Shown: piece by piece, positions 18,716-28,896 of the stretch | How the letters are laid out: every line of letters begins with the position of its first letter | How positions within the stretch are numbered: position 1 is the stretch's first letter | Virus record (IMG/VR): IMGVR_UViG_3300020045_019627 | Coordinates: 1 to 61,395 of that record | Reading direction: 5' to 3' (one strand) | DNA length: 61,395 nt | Source: a virus | Lineage: Duplodnaviria > Caudoviricetes | The notes under the pieces: model-generated | What the model saw: the letters and a program-made list of their open reading frames with translations, nothing else | Told to the model about the DNA's origin: nothing | The model's database searches: none | Position numbers and translations under genes: made by a program

Positions 18716-19015
18716 CTACCATCGAGTATTCACGTGTTTTATTCCCTGGGTCATAAATAATGGATTAGACAAAAACTCTCTGATGATGTAACGCTCGATG
18801 AATTCTTTTGTATCTTTTTTATGAGGGCAAGTGTATAGTATTGCTTCTCGGAAGTTCTCCCATATCATTCGTTCTTGCGGAGTCTTTGCTTTCTTGATAA
18901 GAACTGTTATTGGAAGCATTTTATTATTTGTATTGTATGATGATATGTATACTTCGTGGTTTTCATCAACCTGTAGCTTCATCATACCTTTCTGTAGTTT
19001 AAAGGTGATAATCAT
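18716..19015 (-). CDS. Hypothetical protein
   Basis: ORF track. Confidence 0.65.
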   Translation of the reverse strand: MIITFKLQKGMMKLQVDENHEVYISSYNTNNKMLPITVLIKKAKTPQERMIWENFREAILYTCPHKKDTKEFIERYIIREFLSNPLFMTQGIKHVNTRW

Positions 19016-19173
19016 AAGAGTTTTCGCTTTAGTTCTTTAACGTCGTTGCGGAGTTCTGCCAGTACTTCCAAAAGGCTTGTTTCTTCGTCGGCATCGTTAA
19101 CGATGGTTTGTCGCCATGTTTCTGGTACTTGTGCTACTTTGAGTGTAGTGGTAGTTTCTTGTTCTTTTGCCAT
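19012..19173 (-). CDS. Small coiled-coil protein (53 aa), first gene of the element B structural operon
   Basis: Hand-translated; TTTAAATA box at 19199-19206 on minus strand. Confidence 0.65.
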   Translation of the reverse strand: MAKEQETTTTLKVAQVPETWRQTIVNDADEETSLLEVLAELRNDVKELKRKLL

Positions 19174-19223
19174 GTTAGTTCATTATTGTCACCACTAATA
19201 TTTAAAAGTTAAGAATTCAGGGG

Positions 19224-21458
19224 TTATTTTGTGAGACTGATGACTGTGTTGGTATTTAGTTGTAGTAATGCGGTACTCATTAGTTGTAAGTTAGTACTAA
19301 TCGTGTCGAGTATTGCTGGGGTGATTCCTGCGCTGGTGGTGTTGTAGGTGAATACGCTTGTGGTATTGGTGTTTTGTGTGGTAGTGTTCGCCCAGATATA
19401 CCATCGTATGGTGCTGTTAACGTTGCTTGTTACTACGATGCTGTAATTGCTCCAGTTAGCGCTATTAGTCATTGGGACAAAAGGGTATGCCGTATAGACG
19501 GGAGTGCTCGTGTTGCAGTTGCTCGTGTTAACAAAAGAGTACACAATACTAACATTAACGCTGTCAAGCCTCATAAGTCGTGTCGAGGTAGCAGCACTTG
19601 TTATATTAATCGTGAGATTGTTAGCAGTAGTATTAGTCCAATTAAGCCCCCATAGCTTATTAGAGAAATTAAATATCCGTGTCGGAATAGCAATATCCCC
19701 TGAGTTATTAACCGCACTCCATCGCGATCCATTCCATACTTGTATAAGAAACGCATTAGTACCTGTCGCGCTACTAGCACCCGCTTTGACAGTAATATTA
19801 ATACCAATAATAGTCGCTCCCGCAGGAATACCAAAACCGAAATTAGTAAAGTTCTGCCTGTTACCACCACCACCAGTAGCATTAATATTATCAGCAAAAT
19901 TAGCATTTTGTGGAGTCGTCCAGTTACCAGTCCAATTAGTAGCATTACGCTGAACGGTTGCTGACGTTACTACTTCAGTATAAGTAGCATTACAGAGATA
20001 AAAGATATACCCTGAGAGGTTACCAACACTACTATTGCTAACGTTCCAGTAAACACTATGAGTAATATTCGACCCAGCAAGAGTACTATTCGTTTGATTG
20101 AACCACCATAATGGAGTGGAGGTGCTGTCTGTTGGTGCTGCCCGTAAACTTGCTCCTCCCATAGCCCATACTTGCGACGCAGAAAGAGTATCATTACGTT
20201 TTACAGTGGCGGAACCGTTTTTGAAACCGCCAGACATTCTAATATCGCTTCCAGGATTTTCTTGATTACTAATATTCCATGTTGGATCAGTAGTGAGGGT
20301 AGCAGTAAAAGCAACAGTTGATTGTGCAGTAATGACAAGTTCATCAGTAGCACTCGGAATGGTAATAACAGGCGTTGTGTTCGTCGCTTGCAAACTGGTA
20401 TAATTGCTATGCGGTGCTGTTTGATTCACGCCGATTGCTGAGTAAGAGACTGCCGCCCAAGAACTACCAGCATTTGTATCAGTATAAACAATAGTCTGTG
20501 TTCCCGTAAGACCTGTTTTGTAAGCATAATAAAGGTAATCATCACCACCATTATTTTGGTCAAAAAGCTTAGTTGTTGCTCCTCCCTCATAGGTGACACT
20601 AGTAATTTCTCCACCGAACTTATCAATACCAATACTTGATAGGTAAGTATTATCAGTGCCAACAATGGTATGATCCCAGCTAAGAGTAGCGGCAGCGTCT
20701 GATGCGAAGCCGCCAACAGCGTCAAAGCTGCTGCTCCGATGATTCAGTACTGTTGTGTTAATATCATTGTGTTTTGTTCCTATTTCTGAGGAAGGAATCA
20801 TAATATGTGTATTATTTATTTTTAGAGTGATTGTGTTATTAATCACAATCAATGGCAATTTTTGAGGGTCACTTATGTTAAGATATACTCGGTGATTCTT
20901 ACTCTCAATGGAAAAACCATTCAATTGAGAAACCCCTTGTACTGGTGGTTTAGCGCTGGCATAAAAGTATGTATAATCCAATCCCTCTTCAGTGGCGATA
21001 ACGAGTTGCGTCTTATTCTCACGAGTAAGAAACCACGCATCACCAACACTGGGAAATCCTGAAGTGGTATTAATCTTCTGAACTCCCCCCACACCACCAA
21101 TAAAACTCGCTCCGGCAGCAGGACTCACACCTGTGTAATTTGTCGCATTAAATACTGCATCAGTCATAGTAACTGTTTGTATTGTCTTGTTTTCTAATAA
21201 CCATATCGCATAAGAAACAGTTGCATTGGTTAAGTTGCGTAAAGTAACGCGCCGTTCTGATATGCTGATATTATTACTCTCAAAACTCAAAATTGTTCTA
21301 TTATCTAAGAAATCTCCGGCCAAGAAATGTGTTCCTAAAGAAACCACTTGTTGTGAATCAATACCTTGCTGCAAATCATTTTCACTCATTGAACAAGCAA
21401 TCATGCTCATACATGCCACCATGATCCCTGCCAACATAATGATTTTTTTATTGTACAC
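19224..21458 (-). CDS. Secreted glycoprotein/adhesin spanning the A/B junction (element B C-terminal variant)
   Basis: Signal peptide, dense sequons, beta-rich; contains the 121-bp repeat. Confidence 0.75.
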   Translation of the reverse strand: MYNKKIIMLAGIMVACMSMIACSMSENDLQQGIDSQQVVSLGTHFLAGDFLDNRTILSFESNNISISERRVTLRNLTNATVSYAIWLLENKTIQTVTMTDAVFNATNYTGVSPAAGASFIGGVGGVQKINTTSGFPSVGDAWFLTRENKTQLVIATEEGLDYTYFYASAKPPVQGVSQLNGFSIESKNHRVYLNISDPQKLPLIVINNTITLKINNTHIMIPSSEIGTKHNDINTTVLNHRSSSFDAVGGFASDAAATLSWDHTIVGTDNTYLSSIGIDKFGGEITSVTYEGGATTKLFDQNNGGDDYLYYAYKTGLTGTQTIVYTDTNAGSSWAAVSYSAIGVNQTAPHSNYTSLQATNTTPVITIPSATDELVITAQSTVAFTATLTTDPTWNISNQENPGSDIRMSGGFKNGSATVKRNDTLSASQVWAMGGASLRAAPTDSTSTPLWWFNQTNSTLAGSNITHSVYWNVSNSSVGNLSGYIFYLCNATYTEVVTSATVQRNATNWTGNWTTPQNANFADNINATGGGGNRQNFTNFGFGIPAGATIIGINITVKAGASSATGTNAFLIQVWNGSRWSAVNNSGDIAIPTRIFNFSNKLWGLNWTNTTANNLTINITSAATSTRLMRLDSVNVSIVYSFVNTSNCNTSTPVYTAYPFVPMTNSANWSNYSIVVTSNVNSTIRWYIWANTTTQNTNTTSVFTYNTTSAGITPAILDTISTNLQLMSTALLQLNTNTVISLTK
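20218..20338 (+). repeat. 121-bp exact direct repeat, copy 1 (copy 2 at 61275-61395)
   Basis: Base-by-base identity from tttttgaaaccgccagac to gtaatgacaa; flanks 20044-20217 and 61100-61274 are homologous but diverged. Confidence 0.97.
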
Positions 21459-21482
21459 AATGAATCATTCCTCCAAATATTA

Positions 21483-24413
21483 TTATCCTGTTACGCAATT
21501 GGTTACCGCTGTATAAACTTGTCCTCCTGCTGTGATGCAGAGATATAATGATCCGCTGCCTGCTGGTAATCCTGTGAAGTTCACGTTACCACGTACTGTT
21601 AACGTGTGAGTTGGGGTACTCGTATTAATGCCGACGTACATGACAGGTTGTAGTAAGAGGTTATTTCCTACAACGCTAATATTCGCAGTATTATTAGTGC
21701 CGACACCAACGGTAAGATTAGCACTGATATTAACAATAGTACCGTAGTCTTGAACAACGCTAGTGTTAAGGTGCGTGGCATTATGCCATTTAACCATATA
21801 GTTTGGTAATCCACTACCAGTAATATTGGCGAGGTTACTGGTCCAATAACGATTAGTTCCCTCTGCTATTTGTGTCGTGGTGAGGTTTGTTGTTGCAGCA
21901 TTCAGTCTACTAATATTCGCAGTAGTAATATTTACTTGGTTAAATATTGCGTTAGAGAAGTTTCTAAGGATACTAGCATTTCCCACAGCATCACCGGCTC
22001 TTGTAGAAGTAAAGAACAGATTGCTGGTTTCGGTAAGCTGTGCTGTCGTGAGATTAGTTGTTCCAACGTTAAGTTGACTAATATTTGCAGTTGTAATATT
22101 CGCAGTAGTAACAATAATACTGGAATGATTACGGAGAATTGTACTATTGCCCACCGCATCACCAGCTCGTAAACTAGTGAAGTAAAGATTTATATTTTCA
22201 GTGATTTGCGCAGTGGTGAGATTGGTTGTTCCCACATTGAGCTGACTGATGTTTGCTGTCGTGATATTTGCACGATTGAAAATAACACTAGAGAAGTTTC
22301 TGATAATACTACTATTACCAACAGCATCGCCTGCACGCGTGCTAGTGAAGTAAAGATTGCTTGTCTCAGTGATTTGTCCTGTTGTAAGATTAGTGGTTCC
22401 GACATTGAGCTGACTAATATTCGCAGTTGTAATATTTACTTGGTTAAGGATAACATTCGAAAAGTTTCTAATAATAGTAGAGTTACCGACAGCATCACCA
22501 GCTCTTGTAGAAGTAAAGTAAAGATTAATACCTTCAATAATTTGCGTGGTAGTAAGATTAGTATTCCCGAAATTACCACTGGTAGCATTTACCGTACTAA
22601 AAACAGCATAGGTATTATTGCGAAGAACTGTGCTGTTACTGCTAACAAGTCCGGCAATGATGCTAGTATTACCCAGCCAAATACCTGTGGTACGGTTGAT
22701 ATACTCTAAGGTATTAGTAAGTAATGGATAGTAGTCGGTAAAGGTTGTACTGTTATAATAAGTTTGTGGGTTAGTGTTTCTTGGATAGTAAAGAGTATCA
22801 GTAAGTGTTTGATTGAACGATCCATTCTCTGTATTTGTGTCAATAGCATTAATTGTGATATTCATAATACCTGTGCTGTTCGTCACAATAATACTGCTAA
22901 TATTATTCCCTGCTAGTAAATTCACAATCGTTGCATTCGTGACGTTCTTCTGATATGAAGAATTACTCACCACCCAGAAGTCAAAGCTTCCCCCACCACC
23001 AACACCGCCAGTGGTATCTATTGCGTTGAACGTGCATGTTGTACCTGAACAGTTGATGCTCATATTATTACCCGCGCTCAGTGTGAACGCTCCAGAATCA
23101 GTCACAACCCCTGTAGTTGTACCATTTGTGAAATTCCAATCATAACTGCCCGCACCCGCATTATCATCTCCATCGCAAAGTGCTGCACTGCCAGTTATAG
23201 CAACGCAGTTCGCTTTCAGTACGAGTGCATTAAAAGTTCCCGTTACATTGATATCTCCACTAGCATTGTTAAATGGACTGGTGGTGTTAATCTTTGTCGC
23301 ATTAATTGAATCAATTCTTGCTTGAGCAGTAACGTTCGCAGAATGCAAATTACCAATAGATGTTTGTTGTGCAGAATCGTTATTAGTCAACGTTGTATTC
23401 ACACTCGCGATCCTAGCCTGCACAGTAACATTCGCCGCTTCAAGATTTCCTATAGCGGTTTGTTGTGCACTTGCATTAGTAAATAATGTTCCATTACTGG
23501 AAATGAGTCCATTAATTTGTGCTTGCTGATTCGACGCATTGGTGAAGAGAGTACTATTGCTTGAAAGAAGTCCTCCAAGAATGAGTGCTTGTGCGCTGTC
23601 ATTTGCAGTTAAAGATGTGTTTAAATCTGTAATTCTGGAATCTTCATCATATAATGAAATAGTTGTTTCATTTAGAGTGAGTGTTTGTCCATTATCAGTG
23701 AACCAAGAACTATTCTTGTTTAAATTCGTGCTATTAAGCAATCCAGTGACGTGATTCGCAAGATTCACTAATGCGGCAGTTAACGCTTGACCACTCAATG
23801 AAAGATATGTTACACCAACCAACGTGACGTTCGGTGCACCACCACTTAAACTTGAGAAATTCACATAATTCGGCCTATCGCTGCTCCAATTTGTTAAGCT
23901 ATTAACATAGCCGAATGTTGTATAGGTTGCATTTATTTTTGTTCCATTTATTGTAAGATTCGCGGAAGATCCATTGTTGACAATCACCCAATCATCCAAT
24001 GCTGAAATAGTATTTATTCCTCCACCGCCCCCTCCTGATGTTATCATGCATAAATTACTAGTCGCTCCCGTAATATTGCCACAATAAAGACTCGTTGCAT
24101 TAACGAGTTTTGATGAGTTGAATGATAGAAATATGTCTCCTGATGCACTTCCGTTGTAAATCCAGAAGTTATCTCCTTGTACTCCTGTGATATCTCCACT
24201 CCCAGAAGGAGTGCTGCAATTGAAAGATCCATTTCTCAGCATACCTGATACAAATGAACTACCCGCACAATTGCCCGCAACTGACCAATTAACAATAGTT
24301 TTATTCGGGGCGAGGTCTATATTTCCCGTTGGGCGAAATGGAACGTAGGCTGAGGAAAAGGAGACGAATAAGAGTGCAAAAATTATTGTTAAGAGTGTTG
24401 TTTTTCGAATCAT
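21483..24413 (-). CDS. Secreted fibre-like glycoprotein (976 aa)
   Basis: Signal peptide, coiled-coil repeats, 56-aa repeats with TTxQITExxNLYFTSxRA, C-terminal VGINTSTP fibre motif. Confidence 0.8.
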   Translation of the reverse strand: MIRKTTLLTIIFALLFVSFSSAYVPFRPTGNIDLAPNKTIVNWSVAGNCAGSSFVSGMLRNGSFNCSTPSGSGDITGVQGDNFWIYNGSASGDIFLSFNSSKLVNATSLYCGNITGATSNLCMITSGGGGGGINTISALDDWVIVNNGSSANLTINGTKINATYTTFGYVNSLTNWSSDRPNYVNFSSLSGGAPNVTLVGVTYLSLSGQALTAALVNLANHVTGLLNSTNLNKNSSWFTDNGQTLTLNETTISLYDEDSRITDLNTSLTANDSAQALILGGLLSSNSTLFTNASNQQAQINGLISSNGTLFTNASAQQTAIGNLEAANVTVQARIASVNTTLTNNDSAQQTSIGNLHSANVTAQARIDSINATKINTTSPFNNASGDINVTGTFNALVLKANCVAITGSAALCDGDDNAGAGSYDWNFTNGTTTGVVTDSGAFTLSAGNNMSINCSGTTCTFNAIDTTGGVGGGGSFDFWVVSNSSYQKNVTNATIVNLLAGNNISSIIVTNSTGIMNITINAIDTNTENGSFNQTLTDTLYYPRNTNPQTYYNSTTFTDYYPLLTNTLEYINRTTGIWLGNTSIIAGLVSSNSTVLRNNTYAVFSTVNATSGNFGNTNLTTTQIIEGINLYFTSTRAGDAVGNSTIIRNFSNVILNQVNITTANISQLNVGTTNLTTGQITETSNLYFTSTRAGDAVGNSSIIRNFSSVIFNRANITTANISQLNVGTTNLTTAQITENINLYFTSLRAGDAVGNSTILRNHSSIIVTTANITTANISQLNVGTTNLTTAQLTETSNLFFTSTRAGDAVGNASILRNFSNAIFNQVNITTANISRLNAATTNLTTTQIAEGTNRYWTSNLANITGSGLPNYMVKWHNATHLNTSVVQDYGTIVNISANLTVGVGTNNTANISVVGNNLLLQPVMYVGINTSTPTHTLTVRGNVNFTGLPAGSGSLYLCITAGGQVYTAVTNCVTG
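21830..22570 (-). repeat. Degenerate 168-bp (56-aa) tandem repeat, about 4.5 units
   Basis: NL(Y/F)FTS(T/L)RAGDAVGN recurs at 168-bp spacing. Confidence 0.9.
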
Positions 24414-24424
24414 ACACTGTTCCT

Positions 24425-24664
24425 CTACGAAAACTGTCTCTTTTTCGATTTTTTCAATTTAATTGGCTCAATGACTTTTTCTTCAATGACATTTGCTTGA
24501 ATGATTTGGCCAGGAATCTCAATCATTCTTTTAACAGGTGATTTCTTATACATCATCTCCCAAACTTTTGCTTGTGCTTCAGGAACTTCATCACCGATGT
24601 TATATGGGCCAATCTTTTCCACTGCGATGAATATTGACATGATTACATTCCTCCGAAAATACAT
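24425..24664 (-). CDS. Small head-module protein
   Basis: Downstream of MCP; YNIGDEVPE motif and basic tail. Confidence 0.6.
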   Translation of the reverse strand: MYFRRNVIMSIFIAVEKIGPYNIGDEVPEAQAKVWEMMYKKSPVKRMIEIPGQIIQANVIEEKVIEPIKLKKSKKRQFS

Positions 24665-24689
24665 AAAAAAATAAATAATATTTATTCAT

Positions 24690-24971
24690 TTAATTAATAT
24701 TTGCGAATCGCACCTGAATAGCATATTGGTGATTAGTTGTTCCACCTGCCGCATCAATAGTTAATACGCTACTTGAACTTGTGCAAGTAACACTATCTTC
24801 ACTCGTGACATCCCAGCATTTCGCATCAACGAGTGTTCTTCCTTGTGCGAGGCCAGATACATCCATAGTATCATTGCTATCCATTGATGATGGGGGAAGA
24901 ATAAGAACATCCTCCCATTCACCACTGAATCTTCGTCTTACTTTTGAACTTGCAACTGTAACTGCTGCCAT
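24690..24971 (-). CDS. Putative capsid decoration/cement protein
   Basis: Directly after MCP; GGAGG RBS; resembles the 33169-34186 trio. Confidence 0.6.
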   Translation of the reverse strand: MAAVTVASSKVRRRFSGEWEDVLILPPSSMDSNDTMDVSGLAQGRTLVDAKCWDVTSEDSVTCTSSSSVLTIDAAGGTTNHQYAIQVRFANIN

Positions 24972-25035
24972 AGGGTAATCCTCCTTTTTTTATCATTTGT
25001 GTATAATTAAATAAAATAAAAAAATAAAAAATAAT

Positions 25036-27057
25036 TTAACTCACTGTGTCAAGCATGTGAATCCTTCGTGGACGCTCATATACAACTGCCAGATAGATAC
25101 TGATATATGCTTCGTCTGCTGCGCCAACTTTTGCTAGACCAATGAGTTGTGGAGGTCTGCTGATAACTACGTAGTAGCTCTCAAAGTCAACAACAAATAC
25201 TGCATCTGTTTGTGCACTGCTGTCGACAATTACAAGCACTCCATCGTATCGGATTTCTCCATTAAAGCCGAGTTGTGCACTGTTGTTGAAATATCTTAAG
25301 TTAGTATCTTCTAATTCGAAAACAATATCTCGAACATTCGGATTCACAACGATTCTTAAGTTCTCCCTGAGTGCACCATCGACTTCAACTTTCTTCATTG
25401 CTCCTCTCAAAAGCAAAGTTGTAAGTGCTCCACCCACTGCGTTGTAGGTATCTGAAGCCGTATCGGGCGCAAGTCTATTTGCCGCACTCCTCGTCTTACC
25501 ATATAATGAAGTGTTTCCTGCAGTGTCTGCAACTGCTTCAAGCCCGATGATCTTTGTTCCTGAATCAACTTGCTCAGTAAACAAATCATTGTTGATGTCT
25601 CTCATCAGATCTTTCATTCTTGCCTGTGCCTCGTACATGAACAAATCACCAATCGTTCCTCGACTGTGAAACAAGACGTAATCGGTGACGCTGATGCCAA
25701 CACGGTATTCCTTGATGTCTGTTCGCAATTTGAGTTTATCAACAGGGCGTTTCACAACTGTGGTGTCGTCAGGGTCTACGGAAAGTGTGGTGCTTTGGTC
25801 TGTTTTGATTCTCCAACCATATGTTGCTCCCCCTTCCAAGTGATCTCGCTTTGGCATTGCTCCAAAGAGATTGGTTTGGTTGTTGAATGTATCAACAATA
25901 CCTGGCACAAATAAATCTGCAAACTCTACGATGCTTTCAGTGTATGCTCCTGCATTGGTTGATGTGTCCAACGTGTCTTTTGTTTGAAGTCCACCGACGA
26001 TGCGTAGCTTGTTGCCGTCGCATTTCATCTGCATAGTTGTATGCAGTGCAATGCCTGTGGTTCTCATTTTTTCATCAAGTTGTGGGTTCTCTGAGAAGAA
26101 TCTGCTTGCTGCCTCTTTGAATGACAAAACGTCATTTTTCTTGAGTGCGTCTTTCATCTCCTTCACAGAAAGCGATGCTGTTGTCGTTTCCATGTTTTGC
26201 TCCTCCTTAGTTTCTTTTAATACCTTACTTTTTATTTGTAATTGAGTTATTTTCTCATCAATAATACTTTTAAATTCTTTACTTTCAAATATCTCTTTGA
26301 AATTAAGTATTGGTTCTTCTTTCTTTTCCTTAGCCTCAATTGAAGGCATCACTGTTTCTGTAACTGCTGCAACTGCTTCTTGTGCCTCAGTTATATTAGT
26401 AGTTGAAACAGAAGTTGTTTCAATCAATACTTCTTTTTCTTCAGTCATTGTGTTCTCCTCCAATATTGCAGCCTCTATTTCTTTATAAATAACTGCGTGT
26501 GGGTTTGCGATCATTCTTGGTCTGGCAAAACCTAATCCGCCGAACTCGGTGAGTGTATCAATAAATCTATAATTTTGTCCATTGTATGACTTTTGACGAG
26601 AATGATTTTCATCAGTTCCGTATTCAATACTAAGTCCTGCTATTCCTCCTTGTTGGATACGATATTCTATTTCTTCAGGAGTCATTTTATCTTCTTTGTA
26701 AAACTTATTCACTTCAAATTCAACCTCTGCACCCCAATGACCATCAGGAAGTTGAACAACTTTCGCAGTTGGCAAAAGATATGCTGCTTCATCAAGTGTC
26801 GGATCTTTTTCGTGAATCCAATCGTGGAAGAGACTGATGCCACGATAGCTTCCTTGTTCTCCTCCAGCAACATTTTCTTTATTGATAAATGTGCAAATTT
26901 GTTCGATTGCTTGTTTACTCAGTATGTCTCCAACTCTATCAGGGTGTGTTGTTGCTGCAATGCCAACATAATGTCCATTTTCTTTCTTCTGGAGATTACA
27001 AATAGAAATGCGTTCTTTCAGTTCATTTTTATTAAGTATTTTTGACATAAGGATCAA
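25036..27057 (-). CDS. Fused prohead protease-scaffold-HK97-fold major capsid protein
   Basis: N-terminal DRVGDIL, SLFHD and GLSIEY protease motifs; acidic linker; C-terminal MCP-like domain; follows portal. Confidence 0.85.
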   Translation of the reverse strand: MILMSKILNKNELKERISICNLQKKENGHYVGIAATTHPDRVGDILSKQAIEQICTFINKENVAGGEQGSYRGISLFHDWIHEKDPTLDEAAYLLPTAKVVQLPDGHWGAEVEFEVNKFYKEDKMTPEEIEYRIQQGGIAGLSIEYGTDENHSRQKSYNGQNYRFIDTLTEFGGLGFARPRMIANPHAVIYKEIEAAILEENTMTEEKEVLIETTSVSTTNITEAQEAVAAVTETVMPSIEAKEKKEEPILNFKEIFESKEFKSIIDEKITQLQIKSKVLKETKEEQNMETTTASLSVKEMKDALKKNDVLSFKEAASRFFSENPQLDEKMRTTGIALHTTMQMKCDGNKLRIVGGLQTKDTLDTSTNAGAYTESIVEFADLFVPGIVDTFNNQTNLFGAMPKRDHLEGGATYGWRIKTDQSTTLSVDPDDTTVVKRPVDKLKLRTDIKEYRVGISVTDYVLFHSRGTIGDLFMYEAQARMKDLMRDINNDLFTEQVDSGTKIIGLEAVADTAGNTSLYGKTRSAANRLAPDTASDTYNAVGGALTTLLLRGAMKKVEVDGALRENLRIVVNPNVRDIVFELEDTNLRYFNNSAQLGFNGEIRYDGVLVIVDSSAQTDAVFVVDFESYYVVISRPPQLIGLAKVGAADEAYISIYLAVVYERPRRIHMLDTVS

Positions 27058-28526
27058 GGATTGTATAATGCTTCATTATTACCTTTTGAATTAGCAACAT
27101 TTCTTTTCGTGTTTGCTCTTGTTCGATTATCAGGTTCTTTCATCACTGATTGGTTATCGAGTCTGTTCTGCCCATTGGTGTTATTTTCTAAGTCAATTCC
27201 AATAGTCATATCTAGTTCTTCAACGTCTTCAGGAACGAATCCTAACAATTCTACTGTTTTGTCTGCTTTTAATTGTTTCCCTTGTTTTGCTAAGATTGTT
27301 TGGTATTTACTCACCGTATCTGCAATAGTATTCGCAGTTTGTGCTTCTCGCACTTCATCTTGCTTATACTTTCTACAGAATTTAATGTGCCAGCCCATCG
27401 GGCCGAACACTTGTCCATTAAGCAAATCTTCAATAGTGTCTTGGAAATCACTAATGCGATTCCAATATCCTGATTCACTCAATCCCCCACTATCTCCTTT
27501 CGTAGCACTGTTGCCAATGAGATATGGAATTCTACTCACAGGAATACCAAAGCTAAAAGCGAAATTACTGGTGATGTAGAGTGCAAGGTCTTTATATTCA
27601 AGATCTTTAGGCATTCCTTGAAGATCTTTCACATCAACTTCTCCTGTGAACACGAGACTGCCGTGACGATTTTCCACTGATTTATATTTGCGAAGCGTTT
27701 CAATGAGTAATTTATGATTCTTGCTTCTTGCAAGCTCTTTTGGCAAAATGAACATCTTATCAGGACTACCTCCATTTCGCATGAATGAAAGCATGTTCCC
27801 CTTCACAAGCCAAAGTAATGTCACTTCTGATGCAAGTGATTCAACGGGGCTAAATCCCTGCACCATGCCATTAATGGTCATGTAACGAAAATGAACAATC
27901 TCTTGTGTATCGAACTCAATTCTTCGACCATTGGAATTTTGCTCATAATACAGAATATCATATTCATCGTTAACAATAGTTACGGTGCTTGAAGCGATAT
28001 AATCTATTTTCTTAGTTCTTGTTTGAACTTCATCCTCTATCTTCTCTTTCATCTCTTGCATTTCTTTTGTACTAAGAAACGTCGCATATTTAGAGGTGAT
28101 TTCTTTAATCATCTTATCTTTTTGCTGTTTGTTGGCTTCAGGATTCCAGAGAAAACCATCGCCAGTGAGGAAACCATCGTGCAACCAAGAACGCACCACT
28201 TCTTTTCCTCGTTGTTGTCGCCAAAACCGTTCTGCTTGCAATCGTTTGTTGCGACCAAGTGGGGAACCATCAGTGGAAATCCACTCTGGCCGATCCCCAA
28301 GGATGTCTGTGATAGGTATTCCTAGTGTAGCAACAAGTTCAGGTGTTTGTTTAAACCATTGCCAGAATCTTCGATAATTTGTTCCGAAATTAGATGCTCT
28401 ACTTCCAGCCACTCCTATGGGAATTGCGTTGAAAAGAGGACGATGCTCACTCGTTTTGTTCGTCCTGCTCGTCATAAATTGTGTTATTTGGATGACCATG
28501 ATTTTCTCTACGTACTGCTGCGACAA
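27054..28526 (-). CDS. Portal protein
   Basis: EIVHFRY...GFSPVESL, FMRNGGSP, FGIPVSRI. Confidence 0.92.
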   Translation of the reverse strand: MSQQYVEKIMVIQITQFMTSRTNKTSEHRPLFNAIPIGVAGSRASNFGTNYRRFWQWFKQTPELVATLGIPITDILGDRPEWISTDGSPLGRNKRLQAERFWRQQRGKEVVRSWLHDGFLTGDGFLWNPEANKQQKDKMIKEITSKYATFLSTKEMQEMKEKIEDEVQTRTKKIDYIASSTVTIVNDEYDILYYEQNSNGRRIEFDTQEIVHFRYMTINGMVQGFSPVESLASEVTLLWLVKGNMLSFMRNGGSPDKMFILPKELARSKNHKLLIETLRKYKSVENRHGSLVFTGEVDVKDLQGMPKDLEYKDLALYITSNFAFSFGIPVSRIPYLIGNSATKGDSGGLSESGYWNRISDFQDTIEDLLNGQVFGPMGWHIKFCRKYKQDEVREAQTANTIADTVSKYQTILAKQGKQLKADKTVELLGFVPEDVEELDMTIGIDLENNTNGQNRLDNQSVMKEPDNRTRANTKRNVANSKGNNEALYNP

Positions 28527-28896
28527 ACCATGTGAAGTAATAACAAATAAGGAATGCAGTTAAACCATAACTGAAGAAGTTTCTATATGTTATGACGTAC
28601 CAAATCAACAATCCAGTCCATGAAATGTTGACGAGTTCCGACACTGCTTCTTTCAGTTTGGTTTTGATATTCCAAATTTCCACCACTTCACGAAGTCGCT
28701 GTTTCAACTTATAGGGAACGTTCTTTAAATACCTTCCTATTTTGTGCAATCTATAGGTTGTACTTTGCAAAGAGATTGATACCGTGACTCTTGATTTCTT
28801 CGATTGTTTTTTCAGCATAATTATCAAACTCTTCCATAAACATGATGATGTTGCCTGCAAGATCTTTGTGTTCAACCACTGATCGCAATTCAGCAA
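28447..28896 (-). CDS. Membrane protein between TerL and portal (true start probably downstream)
   Basis: Two hydrophobic segments; overlaps both neighbours. Confidence 0.5.
   Translation of the reverse strand: MLNCDQWLNTKILQATSSCLWKSLIIMLKKQSKKSRVTVSISLQSTTYRLHKIGRYLKNVPYKLKQRLREVVEIWNIKTKLKEAVSELVNISWTGLLIWYVITYRNFFSYGLTAFLICYYFTWFVAAVRRENHGHPNNTIYDEQDEQNE

Larger units (their letters stand above)
1..20217. mobile_element. Element B: partial genome of a putative spindle-shaped (non-tailed, membrane-assembled) archaeal virus
   Basis: Two-hydrophobic-helix capsid-like proteins (7515-7961, 11992-12258); large secreted LamG protein with C-terminal TM helices followed by small membrane proteins, a layout like fusellovirus VP4; D5/SF3 helicase; no terminase, portal or HK97 MCP; ORF truncated at position 1. 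Confidence 0.65.

Noticed and set aside
20044-20338. DGR template/variable repeat pair with 61100-61395
   Set aside because: No reverse transcriptase; many mismatches are synonymous and they are not confined to adenines
21830-22570. CRISPR array
   Set aside because: Repeats are in-frame, degenerate coding repeats without unique spacers; no cas genes
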